A stretch of 64,000 nt of DNA, from IMG/VR virus record IMGVR_UViG_3300021959_000013. The stretch is one strand, 5' to 3'. A program made the translations under genes and the position numbers. Source of the DNA: an uncultured virus (IMG/VR IMGVR_UViG_3300021959_000013) (lineage: Duplodnaviria; Heunggongvirae; Uroviricota; Caudoviricetes). The notes under the pieces are model-generated. The model was not told the DNA's origin, did not search any database, and was given only the letters and a program-made list of their open reading frames with translations. This document shows positions 48,795-57,867 of this stretch, piece after piece. How positions within the stretch are numbered: the stretch's first letter is position 1; each line of letters opens with the position of its first letter.

Positions 48795-48997
48795 TATTAT
48801 CACTAACACACATTGCTACAAATATACCTGTAGACATTGAATTGGATTTAGTCGAATTAGCTTGGGCTAAAGATAAAAATCCAAAAACTTTAAACGAATC
48901 CTGGGAAAAACTTTGTGAATCAGTTTTGCAAAGAACTGGCCATGATATCCAAGGCAATTTTGAACTTGAAACTTTAGGCGGGAGGCCAATACATTAA
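48791..48997 (+). CDS. Hypothetical protein
   Basis: ATGA overlap, GGAG RBS. Confidence 0.65.
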   Translation: MILSLTHIATNIPVDIELDLVELAWAKDKNPKTLNESWEKLCESVLQRTGHDIQGNFELETLGGRPIH

Positions 48998-48998
48998 T

Positions 48999-49301
48999 AT
49001 GAAAAATCCAAGAACAACTAGTTACGTAATGACAGTACACACAGGAAGCGCAGGCGATATGCTTGAACTTCAAAGACTCAGAAAAACCATAAGCACCGTA
49101 AATTTACATGCTAAAGAAAACGAAAAGATTTCTTACATGAATCCAAGAGGAGCTAAGTTTCCTAGGTATTATGTAAAGTGCCAAGGTCGTGGTCCAAGAG
49201 CTATACATGCAATTGCTGATGGTTCATACGCAAGAAAATACGATCAGTCTTTACCGTTAAGACATGCTGAAAAAATGGATGTATATGTCTATCAAAGATA
49301 A
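48999..49301 (+). CDS. Hypothetical protein
   Basis: GGAGG RBS; YVKCQGRGPR motif. Confidence 0.65.
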   Translation: MKNPRTTSYVMTVHTGSAGDMLELQRLRKTISTVNLHAKENEKISYMNPRGAKFPRYYVKCQGRGPRAIHAIADGSYARKYDQSLPLRHAEKMDVYVYQR

Positions 49302-49440
49302 AGCTTATAAAATAACAGCTAAGAAAAATCAAAAGGTTGTGGCAGAATATCTCTATGAACTAGAGGAATCTGCTGCAGCTTTTGCCAGTAAAATGAAAGA
49401 AAAGGGATATCAAGTTTGGGTTGAAAAGGTATACCTATAA
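49285..49440 (+). CDS. Small hypothetical protein (51 aa, MSIKDKAYK...)
   Basis: Translated by hand; stop overlaps the next ATG. Confidence 0.55.
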   Translation: MSIKDKAYKITAKKNQKVVAEYLYELEESAAAFASKMKEKGYQVWVEKVYL

Positions 49441-49616
49441 TGGAATATCTTTTAGTCGGAATATGTATATCTTTCTGTGCGTATCAATCTTGGCAACTTG
49501 GTATACGTGAAGGCGCTGAAAGAACAATCAAAAAATTACATGAAGAAAAAATCATTAGTGTAAAAACTAATGGTAATATTGTACCCAATCCATTTTATAT
49601 CGAAACTGACTCATAG
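49440..49616 (+). CDS. Small N-terminally anchored protein (58 aa, MEYLLVGIC...)
   Basis: Translated by hand; TAATG overlap. Confidence 0.55.
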   Translation: MEYLLVGICISFCAYQSWQLGIREGAERTIKKLHEEKIISVKTNGNIVPNPFYIETDS

Positions 49617-49621
49617 AATCT

Positions 49622-49629
49622 TATAAATA
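49622..49629 (+). promoter_or_regulatory. Late promoter TATAAATA heading the internal-protein block
   Basis: Exact consensus 5 nt before ATG. Confidence 0.8.
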
Positions 49630-49634
49630 GATTT

Positions 49635-50609
49635 ATGAAACGATTTAAATCCTTTTTAGAAGAGCAATTACAGTTTACTATGTTAACACATAGTGATTTA
49701 ACAAAGTATGTTAAAAAAGGTAATTCAGAAAGATTAGATACGTTCATAGACAAAATCAAAAATAAAAAAGAATTTCTTACTACTAAAGGTGAAGTTGTTA
49801 TTAAAGACAAAGCTCCTGATAGAGAAGAATTTTTAAAGCCAGGATTTAAATTTAAATTTAATACTACTAAAGGAAATATACAATATCCGGGAGAATTCTT
49901 AAAGACTCCTGAATTTGGTGGTAAAGGTAAAGGTTTTGGCACAGCTGCAGAGGATAGATATTTAGCCTCATTTAGAACTGAACTAGAAAGAGTAATGGAT
50001 GAACAAGAAGACGGAGCTCTTGATATGTTAGTCGGTGGTAGGAAAGTAGTAGTATCAGGCGTTGGACAACCAAAAGGAACTCCAAAAGCTGACTTCTTTT
50101 TACTTGACGACATGGGAGAAGAAGTTGCGTGGTTATCGCATAAAGCTGGTTCAAAATCAAATGACTTTCAACAATACGGTGGATTGACACCTAGAGGTAC
50201 AAAAGGAGCATTTGAAAGAAGTAAACAAGTTAATTCATTTATTGAGAAATTAAAAGAATTATATCCAGAAGGAATGAAAAGTGGAGATTCTGTTAAAAGA
50301 GATATAGACCTTAATGGAGATGGAAAAGATATAGTACGTAAATCAATATATGGAATAGATTATGGTGGTAAACCTGGTCTTAATAATATTGATGAATTCC
50401 ATCAAGGAGAAATGAAGCTTTCTAAAAAAGGAAAGTTTTGGACAATTACATCAAACCATCAAGCTGAAAATGGATTTGTACCAAGAGATGATTATAAAGC
50501 TATATTTTATGCAAGATATTCTAGTGACATGAATCATTTTGGTATACAAAGTTGTAGAGCAGGAATCTTTACATCTACAAGACCAGCTAAAAAAACGGAA
50601 TTTGTATAA
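49635..50609 (+). CDS. Putative virion-internal protein, possibly PD-(D/E)XK-like
   Basis: MKRFKSFLEE N-terminus; PKAD...SHK motif. Confidence 0.55.
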   Translation: MKRFKSFLEEQLQFTMLTHSDLTKYVKKGNSERLDTFIDKIKNKKEFLTTKGEVVIKDKAPDREEFLKPGFKFKFNTTKGNIQYPGEFLKTPEFGGKGKGFGTAAEDRYLASFRTELERVMDEQEDGALDMLVGGRKVVVSGVGQPKGTPKADFFLLDDMGEEVAWLSHKAGSKSNDFQQYGGLTPRGTKGAFERSKQVNSFIEKLKELYPEGMKSGDSVKRDIDLNGDGKDIVRKSIYGIDYGGKPGLNNIDEFHQGEMKLSKKGKFWTITSNHQAENGFVPRDDYKAIFYARYSSDMNHFGIQSCRAGIFTSTRPAKKTEFV

Positions 50610-51850
50610 TGAAACGATTAACTACATACTTATCTGAGGCCGCAGGAAAGAATACTCATATGACACATATTGAGGATTTGATTCTTGACGGCGGAGTTAA
50701 GGGGGCTCGCCAAGCTATCAACGCACTAAGAAGCATGCGTGATATGTTGAGTGGTAATGCTAAAGCACCTATAGACATTACTGTTAAGTGGGACGGAGCC
50801 CCCGCCGTATTCTGTGGAGAAGACCCAAGGGATGGACAATTCTTTGTAGCTAAAAAAGGAATTTTTAACGCTGAACCTAAAGTATATAAGTCACATGCTG
50901 ATATAAAAGCTGATACTAGCGGTGACTTATCTAAAAAATTAATAATGGCTTTTGATAACTTAAAAGACCTTGGCATCAAAGATGTTATACAAGGCGACTT
51001 TATGTTTGACGAAAGCGATTTGAAGAAGGAGACAATCAATGGAATTAAACATATTACTTTCCATCCTAATACTATCCTTTATGCTGTTCCTCTCGATACG
51101 CAATTAGCAAAGGAAATAGAAAGAGCAAAGATAGGTATTATATGGCATACATCATATAGTGGCAAATCATTTGAAACAATGAAAGCTGAATTTGGTAGAG
51201 ATATAGTTGGTAAATTAAGAAGAACAAAAGATGTTTGGATGGATGATGCAACACTTAAAGATGTATCAGGTACAGCAACATTAACATCGTCTGAAACTGC
51301 AATGCTAAATTCTAATCTATCAAATGCAGGTAAGATATTTCAAAAGATTGCGTCTAAATCATTAAAAGAAATAGAACAAAACAAAGAATTAAACCTAGTT
51401 ATTAATGTATATAACAATAGAGAAGTAAGAAAAGGGCAGAGAATTACTAATACAGCTAAACATGCTAAAGGTTTAATAATGTTTGTTAATGATAGATATG
51501 CAAAACAGATTGATAAAAGAACTTCTGATGCAGGTAAACAAGTACAAATAGATAAGAGAGATGAATTGCTTGAATTCTTTAGTAAAAGTAATTTAGACCA
51601 ATTAAAATTAATATTTGATTTACACAATTATGTTACAGATAGCAAATTAATTATTATAAATAAACTAAACGAACTCAATAATATGGGTACGTTTGTAAAA
51701 ACTAAATCCGGATTTAAAGTCACCGGCGTTGAAGGCTTTGTGGCTATAGATCGAATGGAAGGTGGAGCTGTTAAATTAGTAGACAGATTAGAATTTTCTA
51801 CTAATAATTTCAGCAAAGATATTATAAAAGGCTGGGACAATCCAGGCTAA
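50609..51850 (+). CDS. Ligase-like nucleotidyltransferase, putative virion-internal
   Basis: MKRLTTYLSE; TVKWDG, QGDFMF, EGFV, VKLV resemble ligase motifs I/III/IV/V. Confidence 0.6.
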   Translation: MKRLTTYLSEAAGKNTHMTHIEDLILDGGVKGARQAINALRSMRDMLSGNAKAPIDITVKWDGAPAVFCGEDPRDGQFFVAKKGIFNAEPKVYKSHADIKADTSGDLSKKLIMAFDNLKDLGIKDVIQGDFMFDESDLKKETINGIKHITFHPNTILYAVPLDTQLAKEIERAKIGIIWHTSYSGKSFETMKAEFGRDIVGKLRRTKDVWMDDATLKDVSGTATLTSSETAMLNSNLSNAGKIFQKIASKSLKEIEQNKELNLVINVYNNREVRKGQRITNTAKHAKGLIMFVNDRYAKQIDKRTSDAGKQVQIDKRDELLEFFSKSNLDQLKLIFDLHNYVTDSKLIIINKLNELNNMGTFVKTKSGFKVTGVEGFVAIDRMEGGAVKLVDRLEFSTNNFSKDIIKGWDNPG

Positions 51851-51869
51851 ATGGGAACCAAGGGTATAA

Positions 51870-53246
51870 ATGTCAATAAAATCATTCAGTGATTATTTAA
51901 CTGAAAGCACAAAAGAAATTTCGTTCGTTTTTGGACGATTCAATCCTCCGACTATAGGTCATGAGAAATTATTTGATGCAGCTAAAAAGCATTCAAGAGG
52001 CGGCAATTATCGTGTATACGCGTCGCGTACAGTAGATGCTAAAAAGAACCCACTCCAATTTAAAGATAAAGTAAAATTCATACGTAAAATGTTTCCTAAA
52101 CATGCGCGTAGTGTAATGGCTGACAAAGATGTTCGTACAGTACTGGATATAGCAGTGAAATTGTACGACCAAGGGTTTACCAAAGTAACTATGGTTGCAG
52201 GTAGCGATCGAGTAAAAGAGTTTGATATACTCTTAAACAAATACAACGGTAAAGATTCTAGACACGGATTTTATAATTTTGAAGGTGCTATACATGTAGT
52301 AAGTGCAGGTGAAAGAGACCCCGATGCCGAGGGAGCATCTGGAATGTCTGCCACAAAAATGCGAATGACCGCTCAACAAAATGACCTAGCTGGTTTTGCG
52401 AAAGGATTACCAGCTGGGTTTGCAGCAAACGATGTATTTAACGCTGTAAGAAAAGGCATGGGACTAAAGTTAGAAAATACTTTTAGACAACATGTTGACT
52501 TACCAGTTGTTTCTCAAAGAAGAGAAGAATATGTTGGTGGCGAATTATTTCAAGAAGGTGATATTGTTAATGTAAAAGGACAAAATACCATTGGCGAAAT
52601 ACTTGTATGTGGTTCAAACTATGTTATAGTAGAATCAGAACTTGGTAAGAATAGACATTGGATTGATGATATAGAATTAGCTGAATACAACGAACTTGGT
52701 ACAGATGCTACAACAGCTCGTTATCTTAAAGATACTCCACTTAGTGGTAATATCCCATTAGCTCCTCATTCAAAAGATGCAGAAGCTTTACAAAAAGCAA
52801 ATAAAAAAGGTGCAATAACTGCACAAGCTAAATATCATACAGGTCTATCTAAATCTACAATAGCAAAAAGAAAAGCTCATTTTAATAAAAAATCAACTGA
52901 GCCAGCTCCTGGAGATGCAAGAGCTAAAACAAAACCATCTAAGCATACTAAAAAGTTTAAACAGATGTTTGGCGAAATGGCCGACCATTTAACGTTCGAA
53001 GATTACGTAATAGAAGCAAAAGGCGCTGATGCAGCATTAAAGAAAAAAGCTGATAAGTCAGGTATGCCATTAGCGATATTAAAGAAAGTATTTCAAAGAG
53101 GAGTTGCAGCTTGGAAGACAGGTCATAGACCTGGAACAAATGCAGTTCAATGGGGATTAGCAAGAGTTAATTCATTCACAACAAAATCAAGTGGAACTTG
53201 GGGAAAGGCCGATAAAGATTTGGCTGCAAAAGTAAGAGGAAAATAA
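51870..53246 (+). CDS. Cytidylyltransferase-like (HxGH family) multidomain protein
   Basis: FGRFNPPTIGH, AGSDR, MSATKMR; extra C-terminal domains. Confidence 0.8.
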   Translation: MSIKSFSDYLTESTKEISFVFGRFNPPTIGHEKLFDAAKKHSRGGNYRVYASRTVDAKKNPLQFKDKVKFIRKMFPKHARSVMADKDVRTVLDIAVKLYDQGFTKVTMVAGSDRVKEFDILLNKYNGKDSRHGFYNFEGAIHVVSAGERDPDAEGASGMSATKMRMTAQQNDLAGFAKGLPAGFAANDVFNAVRKGMGLKLENTFRQHVDLPVVSQRREEYVGGELFQEGDIVNVKGQNTIGEILVCGSNYVIVESELGKNRHWIDDIELAEYNELGTDATTARYLKDTPLSGNIPLAPHSKDAEALQKANKKGAITAQAKYHTGLSKSTIAKRKAHFNKKSTEPAPGDARAKTKPSKHTKKFKQMFGEMADHLTFEDYVIEAKGADAALKKKADKSGMPLAILKKVFQRGVAAWKTGHRPGTNAVQWGLARVNSFTTKSSGTWGKADKDLAAKVRGK

Positions 53247-53248
53247 AA

Positions 53249-53482
53249 ATGAAAACATTTAGAGAAATAAGGGAAGCTAAAGTAAAGCAAATCAAGCTTG
53301 ATTTCGATGTAGGTGACCCAAGAGAATTTGCGCCGGATTGGCAAGAAGAAGGAGTGTTCCTAGTCAATTGGAATAAAAGAAAAATGGAAATGACTGTTGA
53401 AGGAGAGCCAAAAGCTTTAATGAAATGGTTAACCGGTACATATGGTTACAGCTCAGCTGAAGCTAAGAGGGCTATGAAATGA
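53249..53482 (+). CDS. Putative internal head protein
   Basis: MKTFREIREA N-terminus. Confidence 0.6.
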   Translation: MKTFREIREAKVKQIKLDFDVGDPREFAPDWQEEGVFLVNWNKRKMEMTVEGEPKALMKWLTGTYGYSSAEAKRAMK

Positions 53483-54165
53483 TGAAATTTAAACAACTCA
53501 GAGAAAAATATATAGAAGAAGCTTCATTCTCATCAAGTCTAATAAAAAGAGCTGTTAAAATAGCTAAAGATATGGGTGGGAATATGACTGGTGCTTATAA
53601 AAAAATCGAAAGAATGAAAAAAGGTTTAGGCGACCACCCAGATGTCGAAAATGCATTAAGACTTGCTAACGAATCTGTTAGTGAAGGTACAATGGCTATT
53701 GGTATTAAAGATAGAGACCCAAAAGAAAGAGCAAAAGCTCAAGCACAACTTTCAAGCATGTTAAAAAAAGATGGTAATAAAAAAGTAGGTTCTAAAGAAG
53801 GTAAAAAGTTTGATGAAGTATTAGATACTTACATATTATCAGACGATTTATTAGCAGATGAATTTGCAAATCCAAAAAACAAAAATATGAAAATAATAGA
53901 TTTGCTAAACAAACATGCTAAAAGACTTAGAGTTGATTTTTCAGAATCTCTTGAAGAAGGTTTTATGAAAAAGATGTCGCAAATACAGATAAAAAGAAAG
54001 TATGGAAGAGTAATCAAAAGAGCTTTATCAAAAGGCAGCCTTGAACTTCCATCAGATGCAGAAGAAGCTTTGTATATGTACGCATTCGATAACGGAGAAA
54101 TAAAAACAGATGACCCTGATGAATTTACTGACTGGTTAGATGACAATTTAGAGGACTTTTCATAA
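53479..54165 (+). CDS. Putative internal head protein
   Basis: MKFKQLRE; internal ESVSEG and ESLEEG linkers. Confidence 0.6.
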   Translation: MMKFKQLREKYIEEASFSSSLIKRAVKIAKDMGGNMTGAYKKIERMKKGLGDHPDVENALRLANESVSEGTMAIGIKDRDPKERAKAQAQLSSMLKKDGNKKVGSKEGKKFDEVLDTYILSDDLLADEFANPKNKNMKIIDLLNKHAKRLRVDFSESLEEGFMKKMSQIQIKRKYGRVIKRALSKGSLELPSDAEEALYMYAFDNGEIKTDDPDEFTDWLDDNLEDFS

Positions 54166-55124
54166 TGATAAAGTTTAAAGAACTAAGAAAACTAAACGAA
54201 GTTAATGGCCAAGAAGGTCCAGTACTTAGAATGAGCTATAAGCCTCAACGTCAAAGCAGAAAATTACCAAGTCATTCTACTATTACTAAATCAGATTTAT
54301 ATGATGATGTTATATACAATAGTAAGAATTGGGAAATAACTGCTAATACTAATTCATTAGCAATAAGAATGCCAAACCCTAAAGGTCATGAAAAAGATAG
54401 AAAAGATTGGATGGACTTAATAAATTCAGCAAAAGGAGATACTTCTAATATGATTAGAGGTGGTGGTCTTACTCAGTCAGAAGTTGATGAACTTATAAGA
54501 GATATGAAAAAAGCAGCTAAAGATTTTGGACCAACTAAAATGGTAGTGCAAGAACATGAAATATATGTATCACATAAAACACCAGGAAAAATGAAAGTAG
54601 TAAAAGGTCTTATGTCTATGCTTAAAGCTCTTGATGAGTTTGGTATGAGAAACCATGTAAGCGTTGCAAGTAAAGATGGCGTATTAACTCGTATACAAGA
54701 TGCTGGTCAATATAATTATAATGAATCTGTTAACGTTAACGAAGAAACATTTAAGTTAGTTGATATGTCAAAAAAGACAGCAGCTATAGCGGATAAACTT
54801 GCTAAAAAAATCGGACTAGATACTGATTTTGAAGGTGGAGTTACAGGCGTAGAACTAACTGTAAAAGGTTCTAAAAAGAAAGTAGAAAAATGGCTACAAT
54901 CATTACCAACAGAAAGTGTTAATGAAGGTAGGTATACAGCTGATGATGGCGGAGCATTTGATTCTTTAAGAATCGCAAAATATCTTGCTCATCAAGATGG
55001 TAAAAAATGGAAAGGATTACCTTATGGTACTTTATCAAGCTATATAGATGATGGCATGGAAATGCTTAAACGAAACAAATCAAAGGCAAGAGAGATATTA
55101 TCTCAGCCAACACCGAGGGATTAA
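54165..55124 (+). CDS. Putative internal head protein
   Basis: MIKFKELRKLNE; internal ESVNVNEE and ESVNEG. Confidence 0.6.
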   Translation: MIKFKELRKLNEVNGQEGPVLRMSYKPQRQSRKLPSHSTITKSDLYDDVIYNSKNWEITANTNSLAIRMPNPKGHEKDRKDWMDLINSAKGDTSNMIRGGGLTQSEVDELIRDMKKAAKDFGPTKMVVQEHEIYVSHKTPGKMKVVKGLMSMLKALDEFGMRNHVSVASKDGVLTRIQDAGQYNYNESVNVNEETFKLVDMSKKTAAIADKLAKKIGLDTDFEGGVTGVELTVKGSKKKVEKWLQSLPTESVNEGRYTADDGGAFDSLRIAKYLAHQDGKKWKGLPYGTLSSYIDDGMEMLKRNKSKAREILSQPTPRD

Positions 55125-55126
55125 TC

Positions 55127-55672
55127 ATGAAAGGATGGAAAGAAACATACACTAATATAGTATTAGATGAAAAATTAGGCAGAAAAACAGTAAGACTTGT
55201 TAAAGATTTAGAAAAAGCTATTGATAAAACAGGCGACTTAATTAAACAATTACCTGAAGAACTGGAAGTTATTAATGGAGATTATAGTGAATCTTACGGA
55301 GAATTAAATTCAGGACAAAATTCTTTAGAATACGGAATACGTCATCTAGAAGGCGATTTAAAAAGTTTAGACAGCTTGTCTGGTGTAGACGAAGAAATAG
55401 TCAACGAAAGACTTAAGTATCATTCTAAAAGTCCAGCTGAGCTTAAAGGTTCTGAATTCGATAGAAAACAAGAAATTAAAAACATTAAAAAAATGTTAAA
55501 AATGATTGAAAAAGCTCATGATTTTCATTCAAAATTTCAATATAATAATAGAGCAGCTGGTGAGCCCGCTAAAATTACAGATGGTTTGTTTGCTTCAGAA
55601 AGTGCATTGTATAATTACATGATTGATATTGAAGATGGTAAGTGGGATGGAAAGGTAGACTTAGAAGACTAA
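55127..55672 (+). CDS. Hypothetical/putative internal protein
   Basis: MKGWKE...VLDE; internal EIVNE. Confidence 0.55.
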   Translation: MKGWKETYTNIVLDEKLGRKTVRLVKDLEKAIDKTGDLIKQLPEELEVINGDYSESYGELNSGQNSLEYGIRHLEGDLKSLDSLSGVDEEIVNERLKYHSKSPAELKGSEFDRKQEIKNIKKMLKMIEKAHDFHSKFQYNNRAAGEPAKITDGLFASESALYNYMIDIEDGKWDGKVDLED

Positions 55673-55851
55673 TGAAAACATTCTACGATTACTACACAGA
55701 AAAGCTAGAGAAAGATGCTGATATGGAAGAACATAGACAGATATCTGTATTTAATCCTCAAGCTCCAGGCAAATGCAGAAGATTACTCAAACGTTGGGGT
55801 AAGGTTAATAAAAGAAGTAAAGCAAAGACACAAAGAAAACTAGGTACATGA
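55672..55851 (+). CDS. Putative internal head protein
   Basis: MKTFYDYYTE at 55672. Confidence 0.55.
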   Translation: MKTFYDYYTEKLEKDADMEEHRQISVFNPQAPGKCRRLLKRWGKVNKRSKAKTQRKLGT

Positions 55852-56072
55852 AGAATTTTAAAGAGTATGCTAAAATAGAAGAAGGTTCATTAGTAATGGA
55901 TGATTCTGCTATATTAGATTCTATATGGAATGAAGTCAAAAAACAGTTAGAAAAGGATTTAAAAAAAGGTAATGTAGAAAGAACTAACTTAATAGCAAGA
56001 TGGGCAAAGTTTAAAGTAACTAAATCCGGCCAAGCAAGAGGGAGGTCTTTTAGATATGACCTTAAAAAATAA
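55848..56072 (+). CDS. Putative internal head protein
   Basis: MKNFKEYAKIEE. Confidence 0.6.
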   Translation: MKNFKEYAKIEEGSLVMDDSAILDSIWNEVKKQLEKDLKKGNVERTNLIARWAKFKVTKSGQARGRSFRYDLKK

Positions 56073-56073
56073 T

Positions 56074-56580
56074 ATGAAAACATTTAAAGAACACGCAGAA
56101 ATAAAAGAGTTTAGAAGTTCAGGAGGATTTGATGACATTGCATCACTTCGTATGATGGATGGACAAATAATGATTCAAGAATTTATTTATGATGTTCTTA
56201 AAGTAATATGGGCCTGTACTAAACTAATAGTAAAAATAATGCTTAAAGGCAGTGAAGGTCTTTATTATGGCGCTAAATGGTCTATATCAGGTTTATATGG
56301 TAGATATAATAAGCTAGCAAAAGCAACTAGAAAAGCTGAAAAAGCTATGAAAAAAGCTAAATCAGCAGAAGATTTAAGAGCAGCAAAGGTACATTATATT
56401 GACGCAAGACTTAGACTTCAAACAGAAAGAGACATGATTGATGAGTTATCAAAAGAAGAAAAAGCAATATATAAAGCAGATATTGCAAAGATAACTAAAT
56501 CATTTGATAAGATTAGTAAGACTATAACAAAGATTGAAAAAAATCCAGATATGAAAATTAAAGATAAGAGGTTAAAGTGA
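56074..56580 (+). CDS. Putative internal head protein
   Basis: MKTFKEHAEIKE at 56074. Confidence 0.6.
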   Translation: MKTFKEHAEIKEFRSSGGFDDIASLRMMDGQIMIQEFIYDVLKVIWACTKLIVKIMLKGSEGLYYGAKWSISGLYGRYNKLAKATRKAEKAMKKAKSAEDLRAAKVHYIDARLRLQTERDMIDELSKEEKAIYKADIAKITKSFDKISKTITKIEKNPDMKIKDKRLK

Positions 56581-56927
56581 TATCATTTAAGACATTTCTA
56601 GATGAAAAAGGTCCAGGGCTTTGGGCTAACATTCGTAAAAGAAAAGCAAGTGGAAAACGAATGCGTAAGAAAGGAGAGAAAGGTGCTCCTACAGCAGCTG
56701 CAATGAAATCAGCATCAGAAGGTTCAGGTAAAAAAGAAACTTGGGAAGATGGATATAAAAGAAGAGTTGTACAAACATCTAGTCCTGAGCATAAAGAAAA
56801 AGGTTTTAATTGGAGAATCAAAGGTAAAGATAGAGATGAAGTAACGATTAAGTTATATAAGTCTAAGCCAGATTTTAAAGAGTATACAAAACAAATGAAA
56901 AGAGTAGCTGGCCATGAGTTTGGTTAA
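56577..56927 (+). CDS. Basic putative internal protein
   Basis: MISFKTFLDE; GLWANIRKR..GKRMRKKGEKGAP. Confidence 0.6.
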   Translation: MISFKTFLDEKGPGLWANIRKRKASGKRMRKKGEKGAPTAAAMKSASEGSGKKETWEDGYKRRVVQTSSPEHKEKGFNWRIKGKDRDEVTIKLYKSKPDFKEYTKQMKRVAGHEFG

Positions 56928-57285
56928 TTTTAAAGAGTTCACAACAACGTTCGGTTTATACGAAGAAACTGGTCAACATGTACCTTTAGAACAACCAATG
57001 ATTGAAGGACCTGAATTAAATAAACCTAAAAGGTCTGGTGGTCCAAGCAAATACGTTGTATACGTAAAGAATCCAAAAACAGGTAATGTAATGAAGATTA
57101 ATTTTGGAGATAAGAAGGGTGGTTTATCATCAAAGATAAATGACCGTGATGCTGCAAGAAACTTTGCTTCAAGACATAACTGTGATACAAAGACTGATAA
57201 AACGAAAGCGGGTTATTGGGCTTGTAGATTACCTAAGTACGCTAAAGACTTAGGATTAAAAGGTGGAGGTAATTACTTTTGGTAG
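56914..57285 (+). CDS. Conserved hypothetical protein
   Basis: VNFKEF N-terminus; KYVVYVKNP..NFGD..FASRHNC..AGYWAC. Confidence 0.65.
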   Translation: MSLVNFKEFTTTFGLYEETGQHVPLEQPMIEGPELNKPKRSGGPSKYVVYVKNPKTGNVMKINFGDKKGGLSSKINDRDAARNFASRHNCDTKTDKTKAGYWACRLPKYAKDLGLKGGGNYFW

Positions 57286-57551
57286 ACCTACCTTTTGCAT
57301 CCGAAGAAATAATTGGCGGTGAGATAAGAGAATTCTTCCTCGATCGAGATGATGAAGAATATGTTTGGCATCGTGACCATGAACCGCGTGAAGTTGAAAT
57401 ACTCGAGGGTGAGGGATGGCGTTTTCAATATGAAAACTGTTTGCCATATTTGTTAGAACCTGGAATGATTTTTGATATTCCAAAAGGAGAATATCATAGA
57501 TTAATTAAGGGATATAATAACCTTAAATGTAGGATAATCAAGAATGGATAA
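57279..57551 (+). CDS. Cupin-like protein
   Basis: WHRDHE...EG.GW...IPKGEYHRLIKG; GGAGG RBS. Confidence 0.65.
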   Translation: MVDLPFASEEIIGGEIREFFLDRDDEEYVWHRDHEPREVEILEGEGWRFQYENCLPYLLEPGMIFDIPKGEYHRLIKGYNNLKCRIIKNG

Positions 57552-57855
57552 AGATTTGCAACAAGTATATACAGTCCAGTCTCAAAGGTTGGATAGAATT
57601 GAAGAGAAATTAGACCAAATGGCTCAGGCGATAGTAGCGCTTGCGAGAGCTGAGGAAAAGATTTCGACTCTGGCTGAATTTAATAAGCAGCAGTCAGAAC
57701 AGATACAAAGTCTTATAAATAGAATAGACCGAGTGGAGCAATTAGTGAATAGCAATGCAAGCACGGTTAATGTAATAAATAGAATATTCTGGGTTATATT
57801 AGTTGGTTTAATATCAGCAATAACTTGGGAATATATAATTCATTTAAGCAATTAA
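57544..57855 (+). CDS. Coiled-coil protein with C-terminal TM segment
   Basis: RLDRIEEKLD coiled coil and IFWVILVGLISAITW. Confidence 0.65.
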   Translation: MDKDLQQVYTVQSQRLDRIEEKLDQMAQAIVALARAEEKISTLAEFNKQQSEQIQSLINRIDRVEQLVNSNASTVNVINRIFWVILVGLISAITWEYIIHLSN

Positions 57856-57867
57856 CGGAGAATAAAA

